A stretch of 64,000 nt of DNA. Origin: a virus (Duplodnaviria; Caudoviricetes). Positions within the stretch are counted from its first letter, which is position 1. Each line of letters opens with the position of its first letter. Under the pieces are notes generated by a model. The model searched no databases. It saw nothing but the letters and a program-made list of their open reading frames with translations, and was not told the DNA's origin. Of this stretch, positions 36,505 through 46,887 are shown piece by piece. The DNA lies in IMG/VR virus record IMGVR_UViG_3300021431_000012, positions 1-64,000 of that record. One strand, written 5' to 3'. The translations under genes and the position numbers were made by a program.

Positions 36505-37041
36505 TTATCTAGGCACATAGTTTTTAAATGTAACTTTGGCGGGGGATAGGTCTTTTTTCACCACATCATAATATTGCGTCATCACCGCAAAATGCTGGAA
36601 TCTGCCATTTCTAATGTTTCGGTGTCCTTTTTCCCAATATCCCCAATAAGGTGCAAGCACTGCAAAAAACACTTCCCATCCATGGCTTTGTGGGTTGTAG
36701 CTATTGATGAACTTTGCCGCTCTTAGGTGGCCGTCTATTTCCTCACCTTTTGGTGTTTGCCATTCGTGTAGGTGGGAATTTTCATAAGCCTCGCTACTGC
36801 GGTAATATCCAACCTTTTTCGCTTTGCCACCATAGTAAACACCCCAACATAGACTATCTAGTAATGTACCTGTCCTATCCATGTGGTTTGCACCATGATA
36901 GTTGTTTATGCTAGCACCAATAACACCAATTGTTCTTTCGGCATAGGCAATCAGTCTTCGTGTTTGTTCGGCAATGATAGGTGTAAGAATTGCTTTTTCC
37001 ACCTTTTTCTTTGCGAATATAACTCTTGTACCTCCTGACAT
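36505..37041 (-). CDS. Putative neck/tail-completion protein (HK97 gp10-like position)
   Basis: DRTGTLLDSL...YWGYWEKG pattern; synteny. Confidence 0.55.
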   Translation of the reverse strand: MSGGTRVIFAKKKVEKAILTPIIAEQTRRLIAYAERTIGVIGASINNYHGANHMDRTGTLLDSLCWGVYYGGKAKKVGYYRSSEAYENSHLHEWQTPKGEEIDGHLRAAKFINSYNPQSHGWEVFFAVLAPYWGYWEKGHRNIRNGRFQHFAVMTQYYDVVKKDLSPAKVTFKNYVPR

Positions 37042-37047
37042 AGCTTC

Positions 37048-37383
37048 CTACCAACTTGTTCTTGTCGCGAATACGCTAACACCACCCAATTGCGAAGGGT
37101 CTGCGTTATCTACTACCAACGTGAATGTTTCACCATAACGGGTAACGGAAACCTTGTCACCTTTCAATGGCACTATCCATTCTCCATTTTCCTTTTTGGT
37201 CAACGGAATGGAAATCACATAGGATGCCGTCTGCAATGTGCGTCCGTCCTTGTAGGTAACAAGATGTTCGTCCATAACACCTTGGTAAAGTAATTCCTCG
37301 GTGTCGGGATTGCGACCTGTCCCCGTGATAACCCTTGTGATTGTGCCAGTGTAGGGATATTCTAAGATTTCGCTCCTTTTCAT
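37048..37383 (-). CDS. Putative head-closure (stopper) protein
   Basis: Synteny; beta-rich; 111 aa. Confidence 0.55.
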   Translation of the reverse strand: MKRSEILEYPYTGTITRVITGTGRNPDTEELLYQGVMDEHLVTYKDGRTLQTASYVISIPLTKKENGEWIVPLKGDKVSVTRYGETFTLVVDNADPSQLGGVSVFATRTSW

Positions 37384-37760
37384 AGGCTTTCCACGTCAAC
37401 AATAGGTACAAACTTGATTCTTTTCTTCACACTATCAAGGATGTCGGCTCTATCATCTTGGTATTGATTGTAAATGCGAATCGCATACGTTATCTTGTCG
37501 TCTTGGTAATAGTCGGTTTCACTACCAATGGTCTTTTGATAACCATTGTGTGATTGTTGCAATGACGATGTACTTGAAGGGCTTAAAAGCACGGCAGTAA
37601 AAATGATGTCGGCAGTCATAAGTTCCCTTTGCTGCTTCGTCACACTACTACCATACACGTCGTCATCGGGATTGCAACCCCTATCGAGTGCTATCTTTGT
37701 AAACGTCTGTTCATCAAACGTATAACGTGTGGATGCTTCAAGCCATTCAAGTACGGTCAT
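37380..37760 (-). CDS. Putative head-tail adaptor protein
   Basis: First gene after the capsid; helical; 126 aa. Confidence 0.6.
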   Translation of the reverse strand: MTVLEWLEASTRYTFDEQTFTKIALDRGCNPDDDVYGSSVTKQQRELMTADIIFTAVLLSPSSTSSLQQSHNGYQKTIGSETDYYQDDKITYAIRIYNQYQDDRADILDSVKKRIKFVPIVDVESL

Positions 37761-37805
37761 ACAACACTTTACCTTAAATCATTTATTATGAACAACAACA
37801 AAATT

Positions 37806-39089
37806 TTAAGCGTCTGCGGTGGCAATGTCCACTACAACGTGGTACGGCGACTCGGTGAGGACGGGTGCATAGCGACCGATAACGTCGGTGTGATAGGACT
37901 TCAACATTCCATTCGGTGTGACCTTGTTAATCACATAGAGGAAATTCTGAACCTTTGCCAACGAGAACTGGATGCCGCTGTTGACCTCGCCCGACTGCAT
38001 GAGCTGAACGTCTGCGGTCTTTGCGTGAACAACAACACCTGCCATGCCAAGAGGACGGAGTACAACCGTGTTGGGCTTCCAACCACGAACCGTAGTAGTA
38101 GTGGTGATACCTTGGACGGTTTGCTGCTCGCGAACAATGCGAATCGGCGAAATCTTGGAAATCGGCGAACGGCTATATTCAACAAGTTGCTCCCATGTGA
38201 TAGAAGAAACCTGCGTCGAGGACTGACCATTCTGAACGATAACCACCTTGTCCGTGCCATAAAGGGCAATGTAGCGATTGACCTCGGCAATGAAAGCGGC
38301 GTTCTTCAGAAGAACATTCACTACGGTATCCCAAGGAATATCCCACTCGAACGGAGTGCCATCAGGGATGTAATTAGCGTTCTTAAAGTCTTCCTCAATC
38401 TTGCGCATCTGCTCGGGGATGTCGGCTGCGGCGGCTGTCCACACCGATGCGCCTGCGGTCTTGTAGTTGGCAAGGGGAATGTAGGCATTTTGGTTGGTGA
38501 TAACACCGCTAAAGCCTTGTGTGGTAGCCGTACCACCGCCAACTTGTGTAAGTGCGGTTGTGTTGCTATAAGCACCACCACGCGAAAGAACCATAGCTGC
38601 CATGTTCGACAGGCGGAGGTTGTGCGACTTGATAAGGTCGGCAACGCCACGAACAAAGCCTACAACAAGATTTTGGTCGCTTGCGTTGAGTTCGCGAAGA
38701 CGAGCCTGGAGTTCCAACTTGGACATAGACGTTTCGAAAAGACCCTTACCATACTGGTAGATAGAGCCCGTTTTCTCCGTCCAACCCTCGTTGTCAAGTT
38801 GCATCGTTTCGGACAGAGGAGCCATTGCGTCTGCCATAGGAATGGCGCGGTTGATGCGTTGGCGAACAGTCCATGCGGGATTCTTCTTGAGGTCGGCAAG
38901 TTCAACGTCATACTCGTTACCTTCTACGGCAAAATGCTCCTGCCAGAAGAAAGAATTCTCTTCGATTTCGATAGTGTTGTCAATAAGCGTCTGGAGGAAA
39001 CCTACGTTTGTTCCGTCCATAAAGCCACGCTGATAGAGCTTTTCAATAGCCTCATCGGGTGTCCATGCGTATTTATAAGCGTTAGGCAT
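37806..39089 (-). CDS. Major capsid protein (427 aa)
   Basis: Size, position after scaffold and decoration genes, strongly biased codons. Confidence 0.85.
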   Translation of the reverse strand: MPNAYKYAWTPDEAIEKLYQRGFMDGTNVGFLQTLIDNTIEIEENSFFWQEHFAVEGNEYDVELADLKKNPAWTVRQRINRAIPMADAMAPLSETMQLDNEGWTEKTGSIYQYGKGLFETSMSKLELQARLRELNASDQNLVVGFVRGVADLIKSHNLRLSNMAAMVLSRGGAYSNTTALTQVGGGTATTQGFSGVITNQNAYIPLANYKTAGASVWTAAAADIPEQMRKIEEDFKNANYIPDGTPFEWDIPWDTVVNVLLKNAAFIAEVNRYIALYGTDKVVIVQNGQSSTQVSSITWEQLVEYSRSPISKISPIRIVREQQTVQGITTTTTVRGWKPNTVVLRPLGMAGVVVHAKTADVQLMQSGEVNSGIQFSLAKVQNFLYVINKVTPNGMLKSYHTDVIGRYAPVLTESPYHVVVDIATADA

Positions 39090-39111
39090 ATTTTACTTCT
39101 CCTTTCTTTAA

Positions 39112-39774
39112 TTAAATCCAGAAAATGCCGTCAATGTAGGAACGGTTCTTGGCAAGAACGTACGAGGGGAGCGGCTGCATGCGAGCGACCCATGCTTCCT
39201 TGTCATGTACGGTGCTAATCGAGTAGTTGGCATTCTCGATACCATATCCCTCGGTGGGAAGGAGGTCGCGGTCTGCCTCAATGAAAGTGTTCGGGTTCTT
39301 AACGAGAACCTCGGCGGACTGGCTAGCGGCGGTTCCTGCTGCTTCAACAAGAATTGCACCAGCACTTGCGGTAAGAGCCGTGTCCGTGGTCACAACAAAC
39401 TTTGCGTTTGCTGCATCATAGCTTACTGCGGTCACCTTTGCCGACTGGCCAGTACCCGTAGCGGCGTTGGGTGCTACCATAAGGAGCATGCCAACCTCGG
39501 GTGCATCTGAATAACCGTCAGCCTTGATGTTGATTGTGGTGCTACTTGCGGAAATCACCTCGAACGAACGGAAGATGTAGCATCCTACGCCAGGCTTGTA
39601 TTCTACAAGCTGAGCAGCCCACAAGTGACCAAATCCCTTGTTCGGATTAAGAATAGTGCCGCCGAGAAGCACGTTCTTGCGCGACTCGCCATTGCTATCT
39701 TTAACCCAAACCCACTTACCACCACGCACCTTGCGCGATGTTTCAAAGAAATAGGCTAAATTTGTTACTTGCAT
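39112..39774 (-). CDS. Putative head decoration/cement protein (220 aa)
   Basis: Between scaffold and capsid genes; Ala/Thr-rich beta insert. Confidence 0.6.
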   Translation of the reverse strand: MQVTNLAYFFETSRKVRGGKWVWVKDSNGESRKNVLLGGTILNPNKGFGHLWAAQLVEYKPGVGCYIFRSFEVISASSTTINIKADGYSDAPEVGMLLMVAPNAATGTGQSAKVTAVSYDAANAKFVVTTDTALTASAGAILVEAAGTAASQSAEVLVKNPNTFIEADRDLLPTEGYGIENANYSISTVHDKEAWVARMQPLPSYVLAKNRSYIDGIFWI

Positions 39775-39796
39775 AAAATTAATAAATTGGTTTAAC

Positions 39797-40432
39797 TTAA
39801 ACTTTTACCTTGGGAATCTGTCCGAGGATTTCTTCATCACGCTTGTTTGTCTGTTTCGGTGCTAAAGGCTTGATGTCACCAATGCTATCTTTGAAAATCT
39901 CTTGAAAGCGAGTGGTTAGCTTCTTTGCTTGCTCCTCATCAGTTTCATCCAACGTGATTGCAAAGTCCGCTGCGTAGTTTTCAAGCGACTTGTGCAAATC
40001 CTGTCGAACACGTTTCTTTGCCATTTCCAAAACCGACTTGTACTTGTCTTGTTTGCGTTGTGCATCCTTGAACTTTTCCAACTCATCCAATTTCTCCTGC
40101 AATTCTTTCGGAATTTTCGGTTCATCATTGTCTTTTTTCGGTTCTTTACTGGCTTTTTTGCTTAACTCCTCAATCTGACGCTTAAAGTCATTCTCTTTTG
40201 ACTCAAAACTTGTTCGCTGTCTAGCAAGACCTTTGACTGCTGCGCTTCGTGCCGTGTCAAGATTAAATTTTAACTCGTCAACAATGCCATCGTCATCAAT
40301 TCCTGCGTCGGGATGCCTTTTTACAAAGAAATCCGCAAACTTGTCTTTAAAATCGTCCGTAAGGGTTTCGCTGTCGTAACTTCTCTCGTTACAATAGTCG
40401 TTTGCTCTCTGCAAAACTTCTTCTTTGGTCAT
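39797..40432 (-). CDS. Capsid scaffold protein (211 aa)
   Basis: Highly charged coiled-coil; first gene of the head operon. Confidence 0.7.
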   Translation of the reverse strand: MTKEEVLQRANDYCNERSYDSETLTDDFKDKFADFFVKRHPDAGIDDDGIVDELKFNLDTARSAAVKGLARQRTSFESKENDFKRQIEELSKKASKEPKKDNDEPKIPKELQEKLDELEKFKDAQRKQDKYKSVLEMAKKRVRQDLHKSLENYAADFAITLDETDEEQAKKLTTRFQEIFKDSIGDIKPLAPKQTNKRDEEILGQIPKVKV

Positions 40433-40469
40433 AGTTCTCTCCTATTAAAAATAAAACAAAAAGTTTGTG

Positions 40470-40496
40470 CAAATATAGCAACATGCGTGCATCAAA
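40470..40496 (-). promoter_or_regulatory. Leftward promoter for the head-tail operon
   Basis: TATATTTG at 40477-40470. Confidence 0.6.
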
Positions 40497-40585
40497 AAGA
40501 AATAATGTGTTTGTTTCTTGTTTGGAATTAGTCTAAATAGTAAAACAAACAAACCAAATTTCTATATATAGCATTGTGTGCAATT

Positions 40586-40593
40586 TAACTTTG
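40586..40593 (+). promoter_or_regulatory. Rightward promoter (-7 element) for terminase/portal
   Basis: TAACTTTG about 40 nt before the terL ATG; no clear -33. Confidence 0.5.
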
Positions 40594-40635
40594 CATTGGA
40601 ATAAAGTCACCATTGTAGTAAAAGAACATTTAGTT

Positions 40636-42402
40636 ATGGCTAGAAAGAAAAACGATATTGTATTAGCTCCCTTGGAGGATGGCAACCAAAAGTATGCCAT
40701 TCGCTCTAATGCAGACATCGTTTGCTTTACTGGCAACACTGGTGGCGGCAAATCGGTTGCGTTGTATTATGCGCCTGCTGGGTATCTAGCGCAAAACGAC
40801 AATGCAAAGATAGTTTGCTTTATGCGTAACATTAGTGACTTTTGGGGCGCAGGTAAGGTAAACGACACGCTAAAGAAAATGTACCCGTTGATTGATAGAA
40901 CTATCAAGAAACAACCGCATGACCCTATTGGAGAAATCATTCGTAACCAAACCGACATGGGTATGAAATGGTACAATGGTAGTGAAATCAAATTCCAACA
41001 ACTTGACAACGAAAACCCAGTAGTCATTGATAAGATTGCAAAAGGTTTACAGGCAAAGAAACTTATCTTTGACGAATGCAATAAGTTTGAATGGCGCACG
41101 GTAACATCATTCATGCCGCGTTTGCGTTCCGACGCTTCTGGCAAGGCGCAAATATATCTCGCCCAAAACCCTGAACGCGAATGCTTCTTGCGCACTCTAT
41201 GCGGAAAAGGCATTCATGGTGGCGGGTGGATTAATGATGATGGGTCTATTGATAAAAGCATGGACGGTGTTGTGATGTTCTTCAACATGCAAGATGGTGA
41301 CCCAAACAAGACGTACTTCGGTAGAACAAAGAAAGAAGTTTACGAAAAATGCAAGGAACACATTGATTCCTTGATAGCTCACGACCCCGATATGTCATAC
41401 GAGGACTTTATTCTTTCAATGGTCTTTTATTCCTTTGATGTTCGTGATAACAAGAAAATGTTGTCCAAGAACAAGGCATATCGTGGTCTTGCAGCAAATT
41501 CTGCTACAGCACAGTCATCTTTTTCCGCTAATTGGAACTATTCCCTTACGGATGACGAGTACGAAGAAGAATCGGTAAATACACAAGTAACAACAACCGA
41601 TATTGAACGAATGTTTGTCCCTAGTGAAATTCCACACAATTCGGAATTGCTAAAGCGATTCATGACGGTTGACATGGCAACCACTGGTTTTGACAATCTC
41701 GTTATGAAATATTGGGAACTATGGTCACATTACGGGTTCGTTTGTAAGGACATCAAATATTCGGTAAAGAATAGCAACCGCGAAGCCGTAATGATGATAA
41801 CCGATTTTAGAGATAGGCACGAACTACAAGAAAAGGAAATGATTCTTGATGTTCAAGGCTTTGGATTTCTTCGTGATTGCTATCCACGGGCAATGTGCTT
41901 TTCTGGCGCATCGCAACCAAGCAAACGTAGCAAGCAACAATACAAGACGTTGAAAGACGAGGCAGCACACATCGCAATGGAAATGATTCTTGGTGGTCTT
42001 GTTCATTACTCGCCAAATCTTGCCAACATGCGATACGTTCATCAAAACATGAAACGCGAGGGTGCTACATCTATTCTTCGTCACATGAAATTTGAAAGTG
42101 TTATATTCCAATTCGATAGGACACCAAACGGTCGCATCACGGTTCTTGAAAAAGAAAAGCAGAAAAAGCTATTAAAGGGAATGTCACCAGACCTTACCGA
42201 CAACTTGATAATGCTTTGTGGTGCTACTTGCTATGATTGCTATCGCATGTTAAGGGATGATGCTGGTGTGGCAAGAAAAGCCCTACAATCGCAAGATATG
42301 TTGTCAATGCTACATGTGGACACGGACATGGTAGATACGCGATTACAACGGAAAAGAATACGCAATGCAAGCGAAATATTAAATGTTTTAAGTAATATAT
42401 GA
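40636..42402 (+). CDS. terL: Terminase large subunit (588 aa)
   Basis: Walker A GNTGGGKS, Walker B LIFDEC, nuclease-domain TVDMA and SPDLTDN motifs; start MARKKND. Confidence 0.9.
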   Translation: MARKKNDIVLAPLEDGNQKYAIRSNADIVCFTGNTGGGKSVALYYAPAGYLAQNDNAKIVCFMRNISDFWGAGKVNDTLKKMYPLIDRTIKKQPHDPIGEIIRNQTDMGMKWYNGSEIKFQQLDNENPVVIDKIAKGLQAKKLIFDECNKFEWRTVTSFMPRLRSDASGKAQIYLAQNPERECFLRTLCGKGIHGGGWINDDGSIDKSMDGVVMFFNMQDGDPNKTYFGRTKKEVYEKCKEHIDSLIAHDPDMSYEDFILSMVFYSFDVRDNKKMLSKNKAYRGLAANSATAQSSFSANWNYSLTDDEYEEESVNTQVTTTDIERMFVPSEIPHNSELLKRFMTVDMATTGFDNLVMKYWELWSHYGFVCKDIKYSVKNSNREAVMMITDFRDRHELQEKEMILDVQGFGFLRDCYPRAMCFSGASQPSKRSKQQYKTLKDEAAHIAMEMILGGLVHYSPNLANMRYVHQNMKREGATSILRHMKFESVIFQFDRTPNGRITVLEKEKQKKLLKGMSPDLTDNLIMLCGATCYDCYRMLRDDAGVARKALQSQDMLSMLHVDTDMVDTRLQRKRIRNASEILNVLSNI

Positions 42403-43934
42403 TACGCGAACATGATATAAAATGGTTTTTGGAAAACCCCGAAAGGCTAATGGTAATGAAACCTTTCACCCGTGGCGGTAGCTTGAATAGTCACGGGTAC
42501 GAAGGTGGTGACATTAAAAACAATGCCTTAATTGAAACTGGTTTTGCCAACCTTACACTACACCCAATTTCGCAAGACACCTATATAACGGAATATAGAC
42601 CTGACTTGCACCACATCATTTTGAACAAGACAATTCCACACATCAAGGTCGTTCTTGATGGAATGGAAATGCCTGCAAACATGATGGAATTAACACAAAC
42701 GGCGGCATTCCAAAAGCTCATTCATTCGGCGCACACGCGAAACCTTACCGTCAACCCTCTTGAATTCAATCTTTGCAACATCAATCCCGATGATAGCGAA
42801 AAGCAAGTGTTTAGCGAAATTAAGCAAGAGTGGCTTTGGCGCGGTTGTGAGTGGAATCGCTACATGGCTATCAACACATGCAAGCAACTTGGTAATTGTG
42901 CCACATTGTTCTCTTATGACAAGCAGCAAGGTAGGTATGTTATTAGTGATTATTCATATGAAGATGGCTACCAAATCGTGCCAAACTATGACGAATACGG
43001 ACTTGAGGTTGCACGTTCATTGATTTATGAGGTGGACGGTCAACGCGTCATAGACACCTATGATGCAAAGTTCCATTATCGCACAAAAGAAAGCGCAAAT
43101 GGATGGGAAATCGAACGTGAGGTTCATGGTTTCTCGCGTTGCCCGTTGCTTTGCAAGCGCGGAAAGGTGGCATGGGAATATGCAGAAAGCACCATTGAAA
43201 TGTGGGAACTTATGGCAAACATTCAAGCTATTGCCCTAAAGCGTTTCGGTACGTTTGCTTTGGTTCTTATTGGTGACATGGACACCGAATCATTTAAGCG
43301 CGATTCAAGCACTTTGGTCATCAACCTTTCTAGTGATACCACAAACGGCAAACAAGACGCAAAGATTTTGGATTTCCCAGAGCCGCAGACAATGGACGGC
43401 TACTTAAAGACGTTGGAAGAAAAGATTTCTTTGTTTAGTTCTACGTCATTCATCACGCCAAAAGATATTACAACGAGTAATAGTGGTGGTAATGGTATTG
43501 CTTTGGCAATGTCTAACGACTATGCACTTGCCACACAAGGTGCGCTAGATTGGAAGAACTATGTGAACGAAATGGTTCGCCTGCACCAAGAGGGACTTGA
43601 CCTAGAAACAAATGGTGTAAGCAAGTATGCACAGTTGAAGATTGGTGCAAACATCATTCCTTGGTCGCTTGAAACCAACAACACCAAAATTACGAACCTA
43701 TCAATGGAAGGTGTTTACTTGTCAACGCAAACTATCATTGAAAGGTGTCCCGATGCAGCACCCGATGAAATTGATAGGGTCATGCGCGAACGTGGTGCTA
43801 TCGTTACTCGTGACAATGCACTTGCGCAACAAAACGCAGACAAGGCGCATAATATTGCCGTGAATAGAAATAATGAGATTGTTGACAATATGACAAAAGT
43901 TGTTGACATTGAACCTGTAACAATTAATTCTTAG
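42399..43934 (+). CDS. Portal protein (511 aa)
   Basis: Follows terL with an ATGA overlap; SPP1-like size and features (SNSGGNGIAL). Confidence 0.85.
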   Translation: MIREHDIKWFLENPERLMVMKPFTRGGSLNSHGYEGGDIKNNALIETGFANLTLHPISQDTYITEYRPDLHHIILNKTIPHIKVVLDGMEMPANMMELTQTAAFQKLIHSAHTRNLTVNPLEFNLCNINPDDSEKQVFSEIKQEWLWRGCEWNRYMAINTCKQLGNCATLFSYDKQQGRYVISDYSYEDGYQIVPNYDEYGLEVARSLIYEVDGQRVIDTYDAKFHYRTKESANGWEIEREVHGFSRCPLLCKRGKVAWEYAESTIEMWELMANIQAIALKRFGTFALVLIGDMDTESFKRDSSTLVINLSSDTTNGKQDAKILDFPEPQTMDGYLKTLEEKISLFSSTSFITPKDITTSNSGGNGIALAMSNDYALATQGALDWKNYVNEMVRLHQEGLDLETNGVSKYAQLKIGANIIPWSLETNNTKITNLSMEGVYLSTQTIIERCPDAAPDEIDRVMRERGAIVTRDNALAQQNADKAHNIAVNRNNEIVDNMTKVVDIEPVTINS

Positions 43935-43946
43935 GAGGGAACGCGT

Positions 43947-44306
43947 ATGGGATGGCTTGAATTTGGATTAAGTATTGCCACATTGGTTTTCGGAGGCGGT
44001 TGGTTTGTGTACTATCGAGCCAACAAAATGAAAGCCTATGGTGATGCTTGGGAATCACAACAACATGTGTACCAAAACACTATTTCCGACTTGGAGCGTT
44101 CTTGTGAGTTCATTCGTAATGATAGGGATTTGCTTCGTAGAGAAAATGAGGAACTTAGACGTGAAAATAGAGAATTGCGTGAAAAGATAAACCATCTTGA
44201 AACAGTGATTCTAGACATTCGCAAAGAAATGGCTAGGCAAGGAAGGCGCATCGAATCTCTCACAAATAAAACCAAGAAATCAAAGAAAAAAGAGGAGGAA
44301 GAATAA
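43947..44306 (+). CDS. Single-TM coiled-coil protein, putative holin-like lysis protein
   Basis: N-terminal TM, basic residues after it, long heptad tail; abuts the putative endolysin gene. Confidence 0.55.
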   Translation: MGWLEFGLSIATLVFGGGWFVYYRANKMKAYGDAWESQQHVYQNTISDLERSCEFIRNDRDLLRRENEELRRENRELREKINHLETVILDIRKEMARQGRRIESLTNKTKKSKKKEEEE

Positions 44307-44749
44307 TGGAATTACTATTAAAAAGGATAGCACGCAAACCTACCTATACCATTGGCAACCTATATGTCAATGGAAAGAAAGTTTGTGACACGCTAGAAGA
44401 CTATGATAGAATCCATTTTGGCGGCTCTAAAATCCCAGGAAAGACTGCAATCCCATGTGGGCGATACGAAGTGGTGTTGAACAACTATTCGCCCAAATTC
44501 GGCAGCAAAGAGCCTTATCGCTCAATATGTGGCGGATGTGTGCCATTGATTAGCAATGTGCCAAACTTTGTTGGCGTGCGCATTCACATTGGAAACAAGG
44601 AAAGTGACACAGACGGTTGCCCGTTGGTAGGCTACAACAAAAGAGTCGGCATGGTTCTAGATTCGCGACAGGCATTCGCAATGCTTATGAACAAGTATCT
44701 TACGCTAGCGCGTAATAGAAAAGAAAAGGTATATATAACAATAAAGTAG
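44306..44749 (+). CDS. DUF5675-family protein, putative endolysin
   Basis: MELLLKR...YTIGNLYVNG...CDTLED...IPCGRY...RIHIGN...TDGCPLVG. Confidence 0.7.
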   Translation: MELLLKRIARKPTYTIGNLYVNGKKVCDTLEDYDRIHFGGSKIPGKTAIPCGRYEVVLNNYSPKFGSKEPYRSICGGCVPLISNVPNFVGVRIHIGNKESDTDGCPLVGYNKRVGMVLDSRQAFAMLMNKYLTLARNRKEKVYITIK

Positions 44750-44750
44750 T

Positions 44751-44918
44751 ATGGCAAACGTAAGCAAAGCAAGGGTAAAAGGCACTACATACAATATTGT
44801 TGATAGTGGGCGTGGGCAAGCTAATGGCGTTGCCACACTAGATACAGATGGGAAAGTGCCAGTTGAACAATTACCAGATAGCGTTATACAGATGATGGAG
44901 GATATTTTTTATTACTAA
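44751..44918 (+). CDS. Small fibre-module protein (55 aa)
   Basis: Manual translation MANVSKARVKGTTYNIVDSGRGQANGVATLDTDGKVPVEQLP...IFYY; shares a module with 46081-46887. Confidence 0.65.
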   Translation: MANVSKARVKGTTYNIVDSGRGQANGVATLDTDGKVPVEQLPDSVIQMMEDIFYY

Positions 44919-44932
44919 CAAAGTGAAAAAAC

Positions 44933-45250
44933 ATGGATGAACTTGATAGATATTGGATTGGCACAGACCTAAAATTTGCTTTTAGGGTAAAAGCAAAAAG
45001 TACACAGGAATTGTTGGATAATTTCGACATTTGGCTTGTGTGTGGCACAAAGAAAGAGCAAGTTGGTTCCGAAAATATCATTTACGATGATGAAAACGAA
45101 CAACATGTTCTTCTTGTAGATTCCGAACGATTCCCTAGTGGCACACTTGTAATGGTCGTAAAAGCACGCGTCAATGATTCGGACTTTACGAGCGGAATAA
45201 GACGCGAAGTAGGACGTATAGAACTTTGTAAAATCAAACACCCATGGTAG
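44933..45250 (+). CDS. Beta-rich structural protein (105 aa)
   Basis: ORF track; located in the fibre cluster. Confidence 0.65.
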   Translation: MDELDRYWIGTDLKFAFRVKAKSTQELLDNFDIWLVCGTKKEQVGSENIIYDDENEQHVLLVDSERFPSGTLVMVVKARVNDSDFTSGIRREVGRIELCKIKHPW

Positions 45251-45549
45251 AAATAGCTGGATGCCTTGCACTAGAACTCACGCCAATAGATAACGGAATA
45301 TCTATTGAAACGGAAAACAAAAATGGAATCGTTGTTGATGCGGAAAACATTGACAATGGTCTTATTGTCGTTCTAACAAAGCAACCAGACTTTCTTGATA
45401 TTGATGTTGAACCATTAAATAGCGGAATCATCATTGAAGCTGGCTTAATATGCGCAACATCATTGGGTGGTGACATGGAAGTTCTTTGGGTAATAGACCA
45501 ACCATTGCTCACAATAGATGGTGGTTATCTTCTTGTTAATAGAAATTAA
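45244..45549 (+). CDS. Repetitive beta-strand protein (101 aa)
   Basis: Internal GI.IE/GIVVD/GLIVV repeats. Confidence 0.6.
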   Translation: MVEIAGCLALELTPIDNGISIETENKNGIVVDAENIDNGLIVVLTKQPDFLDIDVEPLNSGIIIEAGLICATSLGGDMEVLWVIDQPLLTIDGGYLLVNRN

Positions 45550-45559
45550 ATAAGCAGTT

Positions 45560-46057
45560 ATGGCAAAGGTAGGATATGAACTAGATAGAACGGGCGATGA
45601 TGTCAAACGATTGCTGGACAAGATTGACAACATGACCGATGATTTTGTACTCTTTCGTGGGTGCGGTGATAGGTGGATAGATAACAATCCGCAAAACGGG
45701 AAAGAAAGCTATTTCAACTTTTCCTATGACGAATTGCTTGCGCCTATACTAGAAAACAAGGTTGTGTGCTTGATGTGGGAGGATAAGGTTGACCATTTTA
45801 TGCCGTCATTAGCTTATGCGTTCTACAATTCCTTTGGCTATAGTGGCATTAGCCTCATGCACAACTTGGGTGTGTCGGCAAAATTACGAGTTCAATTCCT
45901 TGCGCAAAATGATAACGCTATTTATGTCGAAAATGAATATGAGTTGAATCTTTTGGAGGAGGAGGTTGACCCAATGTTTGAGGATTGGTTTACTAATCAC
46001 CCAGAAATCGCTGATAAAGAATTGACTATTTCGGAAATCAAAGATATATTTAATTAA
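45560..46057 (+). CDS. Hypothetical fibre-cluster protein (165 aa)
   Basis: ORF track. Confidence 0.7.
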   Translation: MAKVGYELDRTGDDVKRLLDKIDNMTDDFVLFRGCGDRWIDNNPQNGKESYFNFSYDELLAPILENKVVCLMWEDKVDHFMPSLAYAFYNSFGYSGISLMHNLGVSAKLRVQFLAQNDNAIYVENEYELNLLEEEVDPMFEDWFTNHPEIADKELTISEIKDIFN

Positions 46058-46080
46058 ACATAATCAAAAAAACAAAGAAA

Positions 46081-46887
46081 ATGGCAAAGTACATTGGAAA
46101 ATCGGGTTTAACCTATGCATGGACACAAATAAAGGCTTTTTTAGCCAATTTTGTGAAAATCACAGTTGTTAATGACGTGAAAACGCTTACAGTTGGCAAT
46201 GTGTCAGTGGTGATTGCTGGTAAAACATCACAATTAACCAACGATTCGGGTTTTATTACTATTGATGATGTGCCAGAAGGCGCATCTGCATCATCTACTA
46301 CGCCTAAAATGGATGGAACTGCTGCCGTTGGTACGGAAACTGCTTTCGCTCGCGGTGACCATAGACACCCAACGGACACCTCACGGCAAGCCGTCATTGA
46401 CGACCTTGACACCATTCGTAGTGGTGCTGCGGCGGGCGCTACTGCTTACCAATTGCCGTCAACGGGTATTCCAGAATCTGCACTTGCAGATGCGGTTCAA
46501 AACAAACTTACGGCGGCTAGCAATGCTATTCCGTCAAGTGCAAAAGGCGCGGCTAACGGTGTTGCATCGCTAAATGCAAGTGGCAAGATTCCTTCGGAGC
46601 AGCTTCCGTCTTATGTGGATGATGTCATTGAAGCCTATGCCCGTAGCGGTCAAACGGAATTGTCGTCAACATGGCTTGCAAGCGATTCGGCTGGTTCAAG
46701 CGTTATCACACCCGAGTCTGGAAAGATTTACGTTCTTATGGCGGACTATCCAAATGCCACAAATCCAACCTATACGGCAAACACACAATTCCGTTGGGGT
46801 GGGTCTACCTACATCAAGCTAAATGATGGTGGCATAAGTGAAATGTCTACCGACGAAATGGATGAGGCGACAAACAATTGGACATAA
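46081..46887 (+). CDS. Tail fibre-like modular protein (268 aa)
   Basis: Ala/Thr/Ser-rich; FARGDHRHPTD and ANGVASLNASGKIP modules. Confidence 0.7.
   Translation: MAKYIGKSGLTYAWTQIKAFLANFVKITVVNDVKTLTVGNVSVVIAGKTSQLTNDSGFITIDDVPEGASASSTTPKMDGTAAVGTETAFARGDHRHPTDTSRQAVIDDLDTIRSGAAAGATAYQLPSTGIPESALADAVQNKLTAASNAIPSSAKGAANGVASLNASGKIPSEQLPSYVDDVIEAYARSGQTELSSTWLASDSAGSSVITPESGKIYVLMADYPNATNPTYTANTQFRWGGSTYIKLNDGGISEMSTDEMDEATNNWT

Noticed and set aside
37629-39218. 529-aa plus-strand ORF
   Set aside because: Exact antisense shadow of the strongly codon-biased capsid gene; no motifs; no plausible promoter or start context.
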